The notes under the pieces: generated by a model
The model's database searches: none
Told to the model about the DNA's origin: nothing
The model's input: only the letters and a program-made list of their open reading frames with translations
Assembly (NCBI GenBank): GCA_963761335.1
Contig: CAVXGR010000016.1
Location: 256,001 to 320,000 of the forward strand
Reading direction: 5' to 3'
Source of the DNA: an uncultured delta proteobacterium
GTDB taxonomy: Bacteria > Desulfobacterota > Binatia > HRBIN30 > BPIQ01
Length of the DNA stretch: 64,000 bases
Program-made: the position numbers and the translations under genes
Shown: positions 60,806-64,000 of the stretch, piece after piece
Numbering within the stretch: the stretch's first letter is position 1
Layout: every line of letters starts with the position of its first letter

Positions 60806-61284
60806 GGCTGCGATTCTACGCCGTCGTCGCCCTGCAGATCGCGGCGTTGCTCGGGGTAGTGGCCTCGCGCGAGTACACGCTCCATTTCGGCCGCACGGTG
60901 GTGCTGGCGACCCGCCCGCTCGATCCGCGCGACCCGGTTCGCGGCGACTTCGTGCGCCTGCGCTACGACATCTCCACGGTGAGCACCGGCGGTCGGCGAC
61001 TCTCGCCCGGCAGCCCGGTCTGGGTTCTCCTGCGCCTGCAGGGCGGCCTCTGGTCGGCCGCCGGCGTCGAGCCGCAGCCGCCGCAGACGGAGGGGCTGTG
61101 GATCCGCGGCACCGTACGCCGCGCCGATGCGGATTCTGCGGACGTCGAGTACGGCATCGAGCGCTACTATGTCGCCGAGGGCGAAGCGCGCCGTATCGAG
61201 CACCTCGGCGCGCAGCACCTGCGCGTCGAGGTCGCCGTCGATCGCTGGGGCCGCGCTGCCGTGCGGCAGTTGTTGATCGATTGA
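60802..61284 (+). CDS. GDYXXLXY-domain protein
   Basis: PLDPRDPVRGDFVRLRY, YGIERYYV.EG; ATGA overlap with the upstream gene. Confidence 0.85.
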   Translation: MRLRFYAVVALQIAALLGVVASREYTLHFGRTVVLATRPLDPRDPVRGDFVRLRYDISTVSTGGRRLSPGSPVWVLLRLQGGLWSAAGVEPQPPQTEGLWIRGTVRRADADSADVEYGIERYYVAEGEARRIEHLGAQHLRVEVAVDRWGRAAVRQLLID

Positions 61285-61346
61285 CCGCTGCTGGGGACGG
61301 CAACCGCTCTTTGCTTCTCCTCCGGCAGCGTTTACTCTGAGCCTCC

Positions 61347-62189
61347 ATGGAGAAGGTTGATCTGAGTCGCAGGCAATTCCTGGCGGCCAGCGCCGCCGCC
61401 GGGTTTGCGCTCGCAGTCCTTCCCGTCTCCGCCGACACCATCATCACGGGAGGCGAGGGGCTCAGCGCCGGGGACGTCGAGATCCCCACCGCCGATCGCT
61501 CGATTCCGGCCTACCGCGCCATGCCGTCGAGCGGTGGGCCCTTTGCCGTGATCCTCGTCGTGCACGAGATCTTCAGCGTCCACGAGTACATTCGCGACGT
61601 CTGCCGGCGGCTGGCGAAGCAGGGTTACCTGGCCATCGCTCCGGATCTCTACGCGCGCCAGGGCGACGTCCGCAAGCTCCCCGACGTACGCGAGATTGTC
61701 ACCAAGGTCGTGGCGCGCGTTCCCGACGCGCAGGTCATGTCGGATCTGGACGCCACGGCGGCGTGGGTGAAGAAGCAGGGCCATGGCGACGGCGGCCGCA
61801 TGGGCGTGACCGGCTTCTGCTGGGGAGGGCGGATCACCTGGCTGTACTGTGCCCACAACCCGACGCTCGATGCCGGCGTCGCCTGGTACGGACGGCTGGT
61901 GGGTGATGACTCGAGCGCCCTGCAGCCGAAGGACCCGATCGATCTGGTCGGCTCGTTGCACTGCCCCGTCCTCGGGCTCTACGGCGGCGCCGACGCCGGC
62001 ATCCCGCAGGACACCGTGGAGCGCATGCGCGCCGCCCTGAAGGCGGCCGGCAAGAAAGCCGAGATCGTCGTCTATCCGGGCGCGGCGCATGGATTTCACG
62101 CCGACTATCGCCCGAGCTACAACCGCGCCGCTGCGGAGGACGGTTGGCGGCGCCTGCTCGCGTGGTTTCGCGACCACGGTGTCGCCTGA
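61347..62189 (+). CDS. Dienelactone hydrolase family protein with Tat signal
   Basis: SRRQFL twin-arginine motif, HEIF, GFCWGG, D...AHGF catalytic triad. Confidence 0.92.
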   Translation: MEKVDLSRRQFLAASAAAGFALAVLPVSADTIITGGEGLSAGDVEIPTADRSIPAYRAMPSSGGPFAVILVVHEIFSVHEYIRDVCRRLAKQGYLAIAPDLYARQGDVRKLPDVREIVTKVVARVPDAQVMSDLDATAAWVKKQGHGDGGRMGVTGFCWGGRITWLYCAHNPTLDAGVAWYGRLVGDDSSALQPKDPIDLVGSLHCPVLGLYGGADAGIPQDTVERMRAALKAAGKKAEIVVYPGAAHGFHADYRPSYNRAAAEDGWRRLLAWFRDHGVA

Positions 62190-63391
62190 TGCCCAGGCGT
62201 TCGCGGCTGGCCGCGGCGTCGACTGCGGCGCTGTGTCTTTCTCTGCTGCTGCCGGTGACGGCAGGCGCCGATCTGTCCTCGCAGATGCGCGAGCTGCTCG
62301 CCGACGGAGAGGTGGTCTACGCCGTGGGCGCCGATGACCGGCCGCTGCTGGACATCAATGGGGAGCGCAGCTTCATCCCCGCGTCGACGCTCAAGGTGTT
62401 CACCACTCTGCTCGCGGCGCAACACCTGGGTCTCGGCAGCCGCTTTGCCACCGAGTTCTTCCTGGAAGATGGCTTGCTGATCGTGCGCGGCAAGGGCGAC
62501 CCGTTCCTGGTGTCGGAGGAGCTGGACCTGGTCGCCGGCGAGCTGAGGGAGAAGCTCGGCAAGCGTGCCCTGAAGGGAATCCTCATCGACGATTCGTACT
62601 TCGCGCCCGGCATCTCGGTTCCCGGAGTCGGGCATTCCCTGGAGGCGTACGATGCGCTCAACTCCGCCACGGCGGTGAACTTCAATACCGTCGACCTGAA
62701 GGTGAAGCGCGGCAAGATCGTCTCGGGGGAGGCGCAGACGCCGTTGACGCCACTCGGGCGGGAGCTGGCCCGGCGCTATCACATCAAGGGTGAGCAGCGC
62801 ATCAGCCTGAGCGCCAGCCCCGCCGAGGTGCGGCGCTACGCCGCCGAGCTGCTGGCGGCGAAGCTGCGGCTCGCTGGAGTCCGCGTCGGACCGCGCACCG
62901 GCGAGGCGAAGGCGCCGGGGGGGCCGCCGTTCTACGTGCACGAGAACACGCGCACCCTCCGGGACGTCTGCCGGCTGATGCTCTACCACTCCAACAACTA
63001 CGTCGCCAATCAGGTCTTCCTCGCCGTCGGCGCCGCCGCCGCCGGTCCGCCGGCGACGCTGGCGAAGAGCGTCGCTGTGGCCAACCGCTTCATCGCGGCG
63101 CACCCCGGCCTGCGCGGCATGGTGGTGACCGAGGGGGCGGGTCTGTCGTACGAGAACCGCGTCACTCCGCCGGAGATGACGGCGCTGTTGTCGCTCTTCG
63201 CGCCGTACAAGGACCTGCTGCGGCAGAAGTACGACACGCCGAGCAAGACCGGATCTCTGGCCGTCGTTCACACGCTGATCGGCTATCTCGACACCGCCCG
63301 CCACGGCACCGTCCGCTTCGTGGTGCGCCTCGACGGCAACCGCCCCGATTACCGGCCGCAGATCGTCGGCCTGCTGCGGCGCGAGCTGTGA
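62189..63391 (+). CDS. dacB: D-Ala-D-Ala carboxypeptidase/endopeptidase (PBP4, S13)
   Basis: Signal peptide, PASTLK (SxxK), GKGDP, SNN (SxN), GAGLS..NR, KTGS; TGATG overlap with the upstream gene. Confidence 0.88.
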   Translation: MPRRSRLAAASTAALCLSLLLPVTAGADLSSQMRELLADGEVVYAVGADDRPLLDINGERSFIPASTLKVFTTLLAAQHLGLGSRFATEFFLEDGLLIVRGKGDPFLVSEELDLVAGELREKLGKRALKGILIDDSYFAPGISVPGVGHSLEAYDALNSATAVNFNTVDLKVKRGKIVSGEAQTPLTPLGRELARRYHIKGEQRISLSASPAEVRRYAAELLAAKLRLAGVRVGPRTGEAKAPGGPPFYVHENTRTLRDVCRLMLYHSNNYVANQVFLAVGAAAAGPPATLAKSVAVANRFIAAHPGLRGMVVTEGAGLSYENRVTPPEMTALLSLFAPYKDLLRQKYDTPSKTGSLAVVHTLIGYLDTARHGTVRFVVRLDGNRPDYRPQIVGLLRREL

Positions 63392-63458
63392 GCGAACCCT
63401 CCCGGTTGTCGGCGTAGGGCAACCGGTGTAGCGATGCGGGGCACAGGAGGGAGAACGC

Positions 63459-63995
63459 ATGGGAAAGTGGCCGCGCGAAGAGCTGGAGCAGGCGTTTCGG
63501 ACGTACTGGCGCACGGGCGCCGCCGGCGAGGATTGGAACGCGTGGTGCGATCTCTTCACCGAGGATGCCATCTACGTCGAGCATATGTACGGGGACATGC
63601 GCGGGCGCGAGAACATCCGCAAGTGGATCGTGCCGATCATGGCCAAGTACCTCGAGATCTACACCGCCTACGAGTGGCACGTGGTGGACGAGGAGCGCGG
63701 CCGCGTCATTCTCTACGTGCAAAACCGCCGCGATCATCCGAGCGGCAAGGGCACCTGCGATTTTCCCGGCGTCACCATCCTCGACTATGCCGGCGGCGGC
63801 CGGTGGAAGCAGGAGGAGGACTACTACTCGATCTCGGGACGCGACCGCGCCATGAAGGAGTACGAAGCTGCTGGTCTCGAATACGACCCCGACCATCGGC
63901 AGAGGGGCACGCGCTTCGACTGGGGGAACGGACCCGCATGGACCAAGGGCGCCCGCACCTACTTCGAACGCCCTTCGGGTGGCGCCGGGGTTTGA
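63459..63995 (+). CDS. SnoaL/NTF2-like family protein
   Basis: DWNAWCDLFTEDAIYVEHMYG.M.GRE.I..W, EEDYY; RBS GGAGG. Confidence 0.8.
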   Translation: MGKWPREELEQAFRTYWRTGAAGEDWNAWCDLFTEDAIYVEHMYGDMRGRENIRKWIVPIMAKYLEIYTAYEWHVVDEERGRVILYVQNRRDHPSGKGTCDFPGVTILDYAGGGRWKQEEDYYSISGRDRAMKEYEAAGLEYDPDHRQRGTRFDWGNGPAWTKGARTYFERPSGGAGV

Positions 63996-64000
63996 TCGAG

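Overview
High-GC bacterial chromosomal window with no phage, integrase-bearing island, CRISPR array or transposase. Gene order and the dockerin/MYXO-CTERM-like surface proteins suggest a deltaproteobacterium-related lineage such as Ca. Binatia; this is inference. 1-14.6 kb is a housekeeping run: VWA protein, mutS, amiC-like, glnD, xerD, site-2 protease, trpS, scpA, scpB, rluB and tRNA-fMet. 14.7-28.6 kb is accessory: Pro-rich membrane protein, secreted SGNH hydrolase and a membrane protein; GHMP kinase plus nucleotidyltransferase; GNAT and PaaK-like ligase; MacAB-type ABC exporter; GATase1; cysE. 28.7-44.8 kb holds two very large secreted proteins (S8 protease/FG-GAP/CTERM and FG-GAP/Thr-Pro stalk/dockerin-like), a class-III aminotransferase with a heteromeric-type acyl-CoA dehydrogenase pair, an oxidoreductase, a CNNM transporter and a carotenoid oxygenase. 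44.8-64 kb holds a Zn-ribbon/Tudor-like protein, DHH phosphoesterase, ilvE, ABM, a PC4-like small protein, a methyltransferase, a three-gene DUF2760-like/Hsp70/Hsp70 operon, a STAND adenylate cyclase, DUF2157+GDYXXLXY, a Tat-exported dienelactone hydrolase, dacB and an NTF2-like protein. The best candidate for an undescribed system is the operon at 50326-55630: two paralogous non-canonical Hsp70 ATPases with no J-protein, plus a membrane-anchored protein whose C-terminus resembles the GrpE beta-domain. Intergenic DNA carries several dispersed palindromic/MITE-like repeat families, octamer tandem repeats, and a ~70-bp degenerate direct repeat bracketing the ABC exporter/GATase block. All family assignments come from motif recognition by eye; no database search was run.
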